A DNA stretch of 64,000 bases from Lepidodermella squamata (lineage: Eukaryota; Animalia; Gastrotricha), in the NCBI GenBank assembly GCA_047495785.1, contig JBLDXI010000013.1, forward strand, positions 3,224,001 through 3,288,000. The letters run 5' to 3'. Numbering within the stretch: the stretch's first letter is position 1; each line of letters opens with the position of its first letter. This document shows positions 50,358 to 61,185 of the stretch, one piece after another. The position numbers and the translations under genes are program-made. The notes beneath the pieces were generated by a model. It saw only the letters and a program-made list of their open reading frames with translations, was not told the DNA's origin and searched no databases.

Positions 50358-50483
50358 GGTTATGTGTATTTAACCCGTTGCGCCGACGAGAAATTTTCAT
50401 CACCAGACATTTTTTGATCACTTGCGCTTGGATTTGACCTACTTTTACTCGCTTTAAATTATTTGTTGAAGTTCGCCGAATCT

Positions 50484-51045
50484 ATGTTCAAGTTGCTTCT
50501 TGTTGTGTTTTCCTTCGCTGTTTTGGTCTCAACTATTCAAAGCGTTGTTTGGCGTGATTGTGGTAAATTTCCCGTTTACAAATTTTGGTTTAATAATTTT
50601 AAAAATTTATTGAAGGTTCAAAAACTGGAAAAGTTCTTCGCCTGGTCGTTTACAATTGCACAACCCGTCATAGATGCTTCTTGAAACGCGGCACAAATCA
50701 AACTGTGGAAATTACAGTTCAGCCAAGTTTGTTATTTTCCAATTTTTCTCTTTCAATTTTCAATTTTTTCATTTGATAGTTGCGTTTACGAAGCGAGTTC
50801 AAGCCGAGGCTTATGTCGTAGCAGGCCGCCACGAAATTCACGTTCCATCGTACGAATCTGACGCCTGCAAGCCGCGCGGATCTCTCGACTGCCCCCTGCA
50901 TACTCTGGGCCAATACACCTATCGCAATGTGATCTACGTCAACCCAAGCTACCCGGAAATGTTCCTCGTCGGCAAATGGAAGCTGCGAGACGACCGCGAT
51001 CAGGTCCTCGCCTGCGTCATGGTACCCATTGAAATTGTGTCATGA
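50484..51045 (+). CDS. NPC2/ML-domain lipid-binding protein 1 (3 exons)
   Basis: Signal peptide + WRDCGS, C..RHRCFLKRG, DAC...CPL, YP...KWKL.D....LACV..P. Confidence 0.9.
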
Positions 51046-52118
51046 TCGCCGCAGCCGCCTTAACATTTTAATCTTTTTCCGAACTTTTTAAAATTCGATA
51101 TTATTTGTGGAGATTGTATACTGCTTTGTTGTTGGTTTGCAATAATTGGTGATGCTTTTTGATGAGTTTTATTGGCAAAACACGACAATAAAGTTTGATA
51201 ATTATGTTTGAGTGTATTGACTCTTAAAACTAATGGAGAACGGAATCAAGTACGTTTTTGGAATTTTGAGAGGAAACACCTCGCCCTTACAAAGCCGAGT
51301 GCGCCGTTTGCTGAACCATTTTGGTTTACTTTTGCTGAGCGCATCCTCTTCACCAGATCGCCTCACTTCACCAGAATTAAGTGTATCACGATCAACCAGC
51401 CAGATTGCTAACTTGAAAATGCTCCTGCTAGCCATCGACATCTCTTGTATAACGTGGAAAAATAGTAGGAAAATTATGAAAAATATATTGGTTACAACTG
51501 ATTTTTCAGCTTGCATTATCTCACCTTCGAGATTTTTCGTAGTAATTTTAAAGCCTGATTTTGGTGCAAACATGGTTGCTATGAGATCTGCTTTGACAAA
51601 ATTCACAAAGTCAATAATTTCGCCAAATCCTGAAGTCGATATTGAATGGGCAAATGGCCATTTGGCTAGGACATATTCTTAAGCTAGAAAAGAACGTCTA
51701 AAGTCAGGCTTATATGAACATTTTGACACACCGATTTCTGTTCAAATATTTCGCGACTTCTGATTGAGGATCGAATCAGGCTAAAACGAAATTATCGAAT
51801 TCCTCGACTCAGCGATTGGTTTTATTCACAAAAATTGGAATCAGGTTGCTCTTCCACTCCAAGCTAAATTTTTGTTGTCCGATAGAATATGATTGATATA
51901 GACATGGGTCTATTGAAAATGGTTTTCTCTGAATCCCACCTTTTCATTTGTCCCCAGTCTCTTTTAAACTTTAAACTTTGAACTCGACGCTCAAACTTAA
52001 TCTGATACATTCAAGGCAACAGGCCTCATCGTTTAATTCGCGTGCCCTCATGGACGATCCTAAATTTCAAAATTCTCAGAACATAAAATTTAACATAAAG
52101 ACAACTAAACACGTAAAA

Positions 52119-53734
52119 ATGACTCTCATTTTGTATTCGGTCGCTATCATCCTTGTATTTGTTGGGTCTACATTTGCGGTACTTTGGCGAGATTGCGGTA
52201 ATTAATTACCGTCATTTGGGGCAAAATGAACCTTTGGGGCTAATTGGCCAAAAATTGAGGTTTTCACATTTTTATCGATAGCTCAAAAACTACAAGATAA
52301 AACTTCACAAAAATTTACGGGGACGATTATCAACAAGCCTTTTACAAGCCTGTAAATTTTCAGCCAGGTATGTCCCGGAATGAGGTCACAGCATGTTGTT
52401 GTTTAAAGGTGAGTTTGGGGAGGTAAAAACGACTCCTCTAAATTGAATTACCTGGAGCCAATCACGAGGTTTGATGTTCAGATGAAATTTTTTCCTTCGA
52501 CCATTTTCGTCGTAGATGACAGCAAAAAAAACCGCGACCCCAGGCGATGCACAGGTATGGCTAGGTGATTGTGGCCAAATTACCCCATGGAAAACTCAAT
52601 GATGGGGGCTAATTGGCCACCCTTATCCTTATAATGGGTTTTTAATATTTGACGATTGTGAGGGTTGAATGGTCGAGTGGTTGTGATGCGTCATCAGAGC
52701 TTGCGAGTGATCTGATGAGCGACGGTTCGAATCCTCATAAAGTAGCATTTTGTTTGCTACGCATTTGATTTTTTAATTTTTTCTGTTAATTTTCCATTTT
52801 AATTATTCTACTAACACCACGTATCCCGGGCATTTCTTTTGTTCGGGAGGCGTTTGAAAGTTGCTCAGCAGTAAAACTATCAGAAAAAACGGAGAAACTA
52901 ATTAAAAATTATTAGTAAAATGGACAATTGAAACCAAAAAATTAAAAATTAAATGCGTAGCAAAAAAAATGCTACTTTATGAGGATTCGAACCGTCGCTC
53001 ATCAGATCACTCAAGTTCTGATGACGCATCACAACCATTCGACCATTCAACCCTCACAATCATCAAATATTAAAAACCCATTATAAGGATAAGGGTGGCC
53101 AATTAGCCCCAAAACACCTGTCCAATTTGCCCCAAACTTGGGGCAAAATGAGCTTCCTATAAAATCGGAATCAGGACCCTCTGAAACGTGTAAAAATGCG
53201 AAAAAAACAGGGGGTCATTTTTTTCCCGCGGCCATTTTGCCCCAATTTACGGTAAAAGAGGAAATATGGTAGATTCCAATTTTCGATTGATCAACCAGGT
53301 TCCGATGCTACCATACTCAGTGTTGAAATTCCAAGCTGTCCAAAACGACGCCGATGTGAACTCGCGCATGGTTCGAACCACTCATTGGAAGTTGAATTCG
53401 ATACGGGACGTGAGTCCTATGTTTTTAGATTTTTCCTAATTTATATTAATTTTATTCAGATCGCGGTGCCTTGGATGTTGATGTTCAGCTGAAAGGCGTG
53501 ACAAACATCAAGCTTCTGGGCAATTTTCTCACCGTTTCATTCCCGATCCCGGAACACTCAGCGTGCAAATCTGGCTTGTCCTGCCCTATATTTCCATTCA
53601 CGCGCTATCAATACCGCCTGTTGTTCTCGGTGCACGCAAAATATCCTCGAAAAACAATGAACATCAGATGGGAGTTCAAAGACCAGGAAGAAAAAAGCAT
53701 CCTCTGCACGATCATACCTATTCAAATCGTATAA
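52119..53734 (+). CDS. NPC2/ML-domain protein 2 (3 exons; intron 1 expanded by a transposon)
   Basis: MTLILYSVAII...WRDCG|SDATILSVEIPSCPKRRRCEL...ACKSGLSCPI...YP...RWEF...LCTIIPI. Confidence 0.88.
52209..53252. mobile_element. Non-autonomous TA-TSD DNA transposon containing inverted tRNA-like (A/B box) units
   Basis: TA|ccgtcatttggggcaaaatg ... cattttgccccaatttacgg|TA. Internal ~175-bp inverted arms (52605-52782 / 52936-53110) each carry tggtcga(g/a)tggtt and ggttcgaatcc. Confidence 0.8.
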
Positions 53735-53995
53735 CACAAAAGCTAATATCGATGTAATAATTCAAATTATTATATTCACGACTTTATATTGTTGGAAACG
53801 GAAATTTTGTTTTGAACCAGATAATTGTTATATATAATGCCGATTTTTTTAGTAAAAAAATAATTGCATATTTTTCGGTTTTTTTTTAATTGGTTGCTGC
53901 GCATTTCCCCCAGAATCAAGATCTGAAAAAAAGAAAATTCAATCAGTCTTAATTTGCAATTTTTTTAACCACATTTTTTGTTGAGATTTTATACG

Positions 53996-54544
53996 ATGTT
54001 GATCTACATATTAGTCCTACTCACACTAGCCGGCGATATAATCTCAGCAATACAATGGCGTGATTGTGGTGCGGCTATTTATCGTATTTTTCAAAGCTAA
54101 AAATAATGTCAGGGTCTATTTTTAGGCTCGGAGACGGGAAAAGTCGTGCGCGTTGTCATTCCAAGGTGTCCATACAATACGCAGCGGTGTTACACCCTTC
54201 GAGGCCTGAATCACACCTTTGAAATATACTTCGAATCCAGTAATATTTTTTCAAATATATTGCCTTTAAAGAAATGTTCAATTTTAGCTAAGGCTACGAA
54301 GGAAGTGAATGCCGAGGGTTTTGCGATAATCAACACGCTGCCGATGAAGTACACCTTCCCGATACCAAATGCGTGTGATCATGGGATATCATGCCCGCTG
54401 GAACCGAATCGCGAGTACCACTACAAAAATGCCATCTACATCCCGCATGAAGTTCCTCGCGTTATGGCCATGGCTAAACTGGTGCTGAAGGACGACGACG
54501 ACAAAAGCATAGTCTGCTGCTTGATCCCAATCAAAGTTATCTAA
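53996..54544 (+). CDS. NPC2/ML-domain protein 3 (3 exons)
   Basis: MLIYILVLL...WRDCG|SETGKVVRV..C...RCYTLRG...NACDHGISCPL...VCCLIPI. Confidence 0.9.
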
Positions 54545-54848
54545 GAACACGTCTTTTTATTTCGTCGATTTTCAGCCAATCAAAATAATTTTACTCTAAT
54601 TTTTTCAAATGCCTTACTTTTGTTGAAGAATAAATTGACCATAACTTTCGCGGGAAAAGCACTAATAGTTAACTGTGCGTAATATGGGTTGATTAAACAT
54701 GTGTTCGAGAAAATCGCGTGTCGAAATCGCGTGCTTGCAAACTGCTGCCTTCAGACCCCTGTAAATCGTTCAGAAACTTACAATTTCATTTTAAAACCTC
54801 ACACATTTTATAATCACATTTATTGTTGTTTTCAATTTATAATTAACC

Positions 54849-55447
54849 ATGATTCGTCAAATTGTTCTCATCGCGTTGGTTTGCGCCTTCGTTCCGGCTG
54901 TTTTTGGTTCGGCGTGGCGCGATTGCGGCTCGAAACTAGGCCGCGTTGTTAAGGTGGACGTAGTCGGCTGTGAGCGCAAACATCGCTGCGAATTGCGCCG
55001 CGGCAAAAACGAATCGCTTTCAATCACCTTCGATTCTCGTAAGCTCTTTTATCTAGATCAGCTTAAAAATTCAAAATAAAATTTGAAAATCCGAAATTTG
55101 AAATATACAAAAATTCAAAAAGTCAAAATTCAAATTTAAATTTAAATTTAAATCTAAAATTTAAAATTTCTATTCTTTATTTTTTAGTGTCGTTCACTCG
55201 CAATGTCCATGCTGACGTTTACGGCATCATCGGCGGCCTGCCAGTTCCTTACCCGATTCCGAACAAGGATTCGTGCAAGTCGAAAATTTTGCCTTGCCCT
55301 CTGGTCGCGCAAACCCGCTACTCCTACAAGAACGTTCTCTACGTCGAGCAGTCGTACCCGAAAATTTCGCTCGTCGTCAAGTGGATCCTGAAGGACAACG
55401 CCAACCAGAACCTTGTCTGCGTCATGATCCCCGTCAAAATTATCTGA
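54849..55447 (+). CDS. NPC2: NPC2/ML-domain protein 4 (2 exons; most canonical copy)
   Basis: WRDCGS..G.V..V.V.GC....CEL.RG.N.S.SITF...GLPVPYP....DSCK...CPL...YPKISLVVKW.L.D....LVCV.IP; six conserved Cys. Confidence 0.9.
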
Positions 55448-56562
55448 ACAATAATATGTTGATGATCTGCCGCTTGTACATTCTTGTGCGCTATATTTTG
55501 TATTTCAGTCAAATATATCGCGAAGAATTTTACGTTTTTTAGTATGGATCAAATTTGTTTGCCCTCGTAATGGACGTGAATATCATACGAAACGCTTTTT
55601 TATATTGGAAACAACATGAATAAACCTAATTACGCAAATTTCATGATGACTTTTGGTGCATAGTTGTGTCCCGGAAGTGGCCAGTGCGCGGTGACTGCCC
55701 GAGTCGCATACAATAATCAGGAAATCTATGCATGCTACTTACAAGACTTAGCCATGAGAAGATAAATATAGCAGTAATAAACTTTCGCGATTTCTCAATC
55801 GAAATGCGCGTGCGAAGAAATCGAAGAAACTTCTCGAAACAGTATAGCCGATTCTCACACCTATATTGGCTCTCGGCCAATCGCGTGGCGCCGTTCTATA
55901 TAAGGCTGTGGCAGTCGTGCAGGAATAAGTCATCAATGACACACCGCTTTTTGCGTCTGGAGTTCATTGAGGTCAAGACGCTTCATAAAAAAAAGTCAGC
56001 CTTAATAGCTCATATGATTCATGGGGTCGCACCAAACGCCTTAAAAATACGACCACACATCATATTGCGAAACGCGTGCCCAGAGTGATCATGCGATTTA
56101 GTTCTCTTTACGCTTTTTGCTGCTTCGAGGCCGCTTCTTCTTTCCTGTAGCATCCATCCCACAAAAAGCGCAGTGCCCGTGTTTCATTCTTCTTTATATC
56201 GGATAATATAAACACGACTATGAGTAATTGCCGTGTAATAATAATATTTTTTAAGGCGTGCTCAATAGAAGCGAGTTTTTTGTTGGTATATCAAAGCAAA
56301 ACATTCCTGGAATCTTTGCGCAATAACGGTTCAAACTTATGGCATCATATACAATATCCAATACTCCAATATATAAACAAAACGGACTTCGAGCGGAGTA
56401 ATGGATAACGGCATATACTGAAATCATCGCCGCCTTAATAATAATAAATCAATATTATTTAATGCGCGGTCGCGGCGATTTTACACCACTTCATCCTCTC
56501 GCGTGAAAACGATACTCTCGTATCAACTTTTTCATTAAAAAAATGTCGCCGATTTTAGAGGC

Positions 56563-58530
56563 ATGTTTATTGTTAAAATTACGAGTTCTATCTTACTTCT
56601 ATTGAGCTTGATCACAAGTTACGGACATGCTCGGAAACGTTTCGATGGCGATAAATTATTGCGATTATTGCCGCGAAATGATGAGCAACTCCGAGTGTTG
56701 AATGATTTATACCTCAACGGCTCGCCAGAAGACATTGATTTCTGGACCGAGCCAGCGTCTGTCGGACATCCCAAACCTCACGGCGTGGATGTTCGTGTTT
56801 CAGCCAAAGCACTACCTCGATTCACAGCCAAATTGGACCAGCTTAATCTCAATTACTCCATCTCAATCGATGATGTGCAAAAGTAAGAAATTTTTTAATT
56901 TAGTGATTTTTTTCATTTTTTTATAATAGAGTGATTGACAATTTGGATGCTGAAAGTCGGAAAGCTGATAGAAACGCCAAATTTTTACGAGCGGGCTATC
57001 CTCGCGTTAAGCGAAGCGTTGTTCGGCGATTTGCTGACTACGACGAAATTACAGCATGGCTAGATGAGCAGTGTAAAAATTATCCAAAAGTAGCTTCTTG
57101 TCACGACCTTGGTCTTTCAGTGAGTCAATTTTATTTTGTAAACCTATTTTATTATCTCATTTTTTCAGTTTGAAAATCGCACAATTCGCTATATCCATCT
57201 GACCAGCGGGCAGAACTGCACCGGAAAAAATTGTACGAAAAAGCAAGCGGTCTTCATCGAAGGCGGGATGCATGCCCGGGAATGGCTTAGCCCTGCAACT
57301 GCTGTATTTCTAACTGATCGAGTATTTGTTTTTCTTTCTGAAATAACAAATTAATTTACCTTTTTTTGTTTAGTTCCTCAGAGAAGCTCCTGGAACCTCG
57401 GCGAGGAAACTGCTTGATACGCTTGATTGGTACATTCTACCAGTTGGAAACCCTGATGGATATCAATACTCAAGAACTGTGAACCGAATGTGGCGGAAAA
57501 CTCGCTCGACCTCACCTGATAGCCGCTGCTTCGGGGTCGATCCCAATCGCGTATGTATCAAACCTTGAAAATTCGCACTCCTTAATAATTTTCTCCGAAA
57601 TTTCAGAACTTCGATTTTCAGTGGTCACGTAAGTTCGAATCCCGTCAACTTTAACGCTATACGTTGTATCTTTGAAATTCACAGGCTATGGCTCGAGCAA
57701 ATCAAAGTGCTCGGATTTATTCCATGGCGACAGCCCGTTGTCAGAACCCGAAACTAAAGCGTTGGCCGCATTTTTGCTACAGCATCGCGGTGAACTGATC
57801 GCATTTTTCTCGTTACACGCTTACTCACAGTTTTGGCTGCTGCCCTACGGTCATCGAGACGACGAACCGCCAGAAGATTACGAAGAACTCGTTAGTTTGA
57901 ATCACTTTAAGACTTCGAAACAAATATTTCCTTTTCTTAGATGAGGGTTGCAATGATTGGCACCCATGCGTTGAGGGAAGTGTCAAATTCTTACACTAAC
58001 GACGAAAACGAGACGGAATGGCTGTGCGGAAATTCGATCAGCCTGTTACAATACGCAGTATCGGGCAGTTCGATGGATTGGGCGAAAGCAGTGGCGAATA
58101 TTACCTATGCCTACGCCCTGGAACTGCGGCCTCGAGACGACCCGATGGACAAGCTGTATAACGGCTTTCTCGCTCAGGAAAGTGATATTGTAAAAAGCGG
58201 CGTTGAGGTACTGGCCGGTCTTACTTCTGCCGTTAATGCTATTCTTGATAAGTTATCGAATAACGGGTAATAAAAACCGAGGGAATATCCTGACATTTTT
58301 TTTTAAATTTGGGTTTTTATAGAAGTCGGCCACTTCCTAGGATAACCACTACAACCGCCGAACCTCATGATATCATTTTCATCATGCCGGAGGATTATGA
58401 AGATGACGTCACGCGCCAACCTGCGCCTACTATGCTGGAAGGCGATGCGAGTGTGTCAATATCGAGCAAATTCGCTACAGCTATCGGAAGTCTCACCACC
58501 TGGTTTGTCTCCATCTTCCGCAGCCAATGA
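56563..58530 (+). CDS. M14A metallocarboxypeptidase CP8 with a C-terminal Thr-rich stalk and hydrophobic tail (multi-exon)
   Basis: EGGMHAREW, WRKTRS, DPNR|NF, LHAYSQ, YAVSGSSMDW, LELRP. An intron at 58267-58322 joins an extra exon ending ...FATAIGSLTTWFVSIFRSQ. Confidence 0.88.
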
Positions 58531-58858
58531 CTTCTGGAGTCTTCGTTGTTTTCGTCTTCTAAATCTTTGTCGTTGAGATATATTTTTCGATATTGGTTGA
58601 TAATAAAAATAGCACAAGTTGTACGTAATTTTGAAATCTGTTTGTTTTATTGATTTTTTTTGGAATGGCGATGAAAAGATTGCCATAGTAATATTATGCA
58701 AAAAACGAGCTAACACCATGCTAGTTATAGCAGCGAGACAAGAACAGCACTGTTTTTTTCAAATGATTCGCATTTTCACAGAGAGAACAATACGATGAAT
58801 GACAATAATAGAGAGAAATAAGGACAGAGATCACCACGAGCCACGTCGAAGCCAGCGT

Positions 58859-60925
58859 TTACATGGCAAATGTTGTCAGCAGACTCCGAATAAGGAGAGG
58901 GTCTTCGATCAAATCACTCGGTTTCAGCGATTGAGCAAGTTCAGTCTAAAAAAATGGAAAATTAAAAATTAATTAATTTAAAAAATATTAAGGCGGATTT
59001 TTTACGAAAATTTTGAAAAAATTATTTACCATTTCTTTGGCAGCCGCATTTGCCAGTTCAGCCTCTTCGGCTGAAGGACCTGAGAGAAGGCGAAGGTGGT
59101 CAGGCGGGGGTTGCGATAGCCGATCTAGTTGTAAATCGTGGACTGCCTCCAACTTGGCGCCGATAGACCCTAACAAACTAGCAGTCGATAACGCTTTCTC
59201 AGCAGCTTGTTCCAGTTTTTCCGCCTCGTCGAGCTTCGATTCAATCAAGGCACGCCCGGACGCGGAGTGGGCGCCATTCGTCGCCGATTCCAGTCGGCCA
59301 TCGGCGATTAGATTAGCGACTCGGCCGGCTTTTCTCACGAAACGTTTGATACTAGTGGCGTACAGCACGCCGGTTTCAGTCCCGTACGCTGAGAGAAGTA
59401 GCGACGATTCTTCCGGTGAAAGAGTGGCAAATGTCGAATCATATGCGGGAGCGAACGAACAAAACGAGCCGTAGTCGTGGTAAGTCAGTGGCCGAACTAA
59501 GAAAAAATCAATTAAAAAGAAATTTGCATAAAAATTCACAAAAATACCTTCATTTTGAGGAGTTTCTTTGAAGGTATTAGTGCCTTGCAGTGTCGGTTGG
59601 CCAAAATTGATCTGAGATGTGTATTCGCCTAGATTAATGACGCGTTCCGTTTCAGAAATCATGCCCGATCCGCCGTCAGGAGGGACAAAAACAAAATTTG
59701 TCGAATTATCAGCCCGTCGGATGAAACCAGCCGGAGCCGGCCGCCGGCCACCAGCAGCCGCAAGCACTTTCTTATGACTTTCCTTGCATTTTTCAACAAT
59801 TTCCTCGGCACTCAATTCGCGATCTTCGATAACAATTGGCTCCTTTTGTACTGGCGGTTTTGCGGCTGGAGCTGCGGGTTGAGCAATATTTGCTGTAATT
59901 TCCATCGCATCTTCGCTGTCTTCATGTGCTTGGGCAGCTGTCGCGGCCGAAACCTTGACAGTCGTGTAATCGAACCCCATTTCAGCCGGGGTGAGTTGGG
60001 CCATAGCTGCCAGGGTGGATCTCAGAGACGTCAGCCTTTCTTTCGACAGCAATTTCAGCCCTAATTGCAACAAACGCTTCGCGGCCTTGTAATAAATAGT
60101 CTCCTCAGCGTTGTAGCGCATAGCATTGGCACACATGAGTTTGAAGTCGCTTTTAAACTCGATCAAACTGTTGTAACGGCCCTTTTCAATTTTCAAATGC
60201 ATAGTGCTGAAATCCATCGGTTGTGAAATAATCTGCGAATACCCAGGCGCGACGTCATCGTCAACTGGTTCTGCGAAGAAACTTTGCGTGTCCTTTCGCT
60301 GTAAATAGCGGTGGAGATAGGTTAAAACTTTCTTCAGTGAGCTCTCGTGGTTTAAAGCGGTCGATTTTCGGTTTTTCGACGCATCGGCCGGGGTGATGGG
60401 TAGGGGTGCTACGAACTGGGCGACGGGCGCCTCCGCCGGGGGTTCCGGCGCATCTTCGACTGCTTCCTCTCCGCTTTCTTGGTCATCATCACTGCCCTCT
60501 TCCTCGTCATTAGGCTCGGGCGAAGCGGTTTCAGTCGGCTTTTTCTTCTTCCGGGCGGGGGTGAATCGCAGACCACCGCGGCCTCTACCCCTTCCCCGGC
60601 CGCGTCCTCTGCCACCCCTCCCACGCCCTCGGCCTCCCCTGCCACTCGGGCTAGCCTCAGGGACTGATTCATCCTCGTCGGCGACGGTTGACGAGTCTGG
60701 AGTTGCTCGATCCTCCTTAACTGGTGGTTGCTCTTTCGTCGCCGATTTCGGCTCTGTAGCTCGAGCAGCGCCCCGGCCGCGTTTCGAGGGGGTCGATCCC
60801 TGTTTCCCCGACGCGGATCGCTTCAATTTCAACACGACCTTCAAGCCAGAAAGGGGCGCTGATGAAGTGGTAGATTCGGTTTCGTCCGGACTAGTTTGTT
60901 CATCTTCTTCAGACGAATCTCCCAT
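58859..60925 (-). CDS. BRD9: Bromodomain protein BRD7/BRD9-like (introns ~59498-59548 and ~58947-59029)
   Basis: LKVVLKL; bromodomain LQRKD..FFAEPVDDDVAPGYSQIISQPMDFSTM...MCANAMRYN..ETIYYKAAKRLL; C-terminal conserved region YGSFCSFAPAYDSTFA..S.EES.LL.SAYG. Confidence 0.9.
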
Positions 60926-61041
60926 TTTACAGATTTAACAAAAAAATCTAAAAATAAGAGAAAATTGAATCAAATTTTTGAAAATTTATTTGACAATTAT
61001 AATGAACACTCATTTAAAACAAAAGAACGGATGAATTGTTA

Positions 61042-61123
61042 CAGGGTGTTTGAAAATAATAAGCTGGGCGCAAAAAAGTCCACCTTGATTATTTTCGCAA
61101 CGTCAAAATTTTCAAACACCCTG
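61042..61123. mobile_element. 82-bp Tc1/mariner-type MITE, TA TSD
   Basis: TA|cagggtgtttgaaaat ... attttcaaacaccctg|TA: perfect 16-bp TIR. Confidence 0.8.
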
Positions 61124-61185
61124 TATAGAACACAGAATATGTCGCCCAGCGGGATTGAAAATTGAGCAATATGATCGCAAGCAAT

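Noticed and set aside
51202-51900. Overlapping ORFs on both strands between NPC2-1 and NPC2-2
   Set aside because: Could be a small spliced minus-strand gene, but I could not recognise a domain or fix a start, so it is not called.
52712-52735. Second hammerhead candidate (CTGATGA at 52712)
   Set aside because: Followed by GAAT rather than GAAA and has no good helix II; it belongs to the tRNA-like hairpin.
52662-52740. Possible functional tRNA gene
   Set aside because: A and B boxes are present, but there is no acceptor stem or canonical anticodon loop, and it is duplicated inside a transposon. Treated as tRNA-like.
55860-55955. CCAAT boxes, TATATAA and a downstream T-run suggesting a small RNA gene
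   Set aside because: No recognisable snRNA, snoRNA or SL structure; more simply a Pol II promoter, perhaps for CP8 with a 5' UTR intron.
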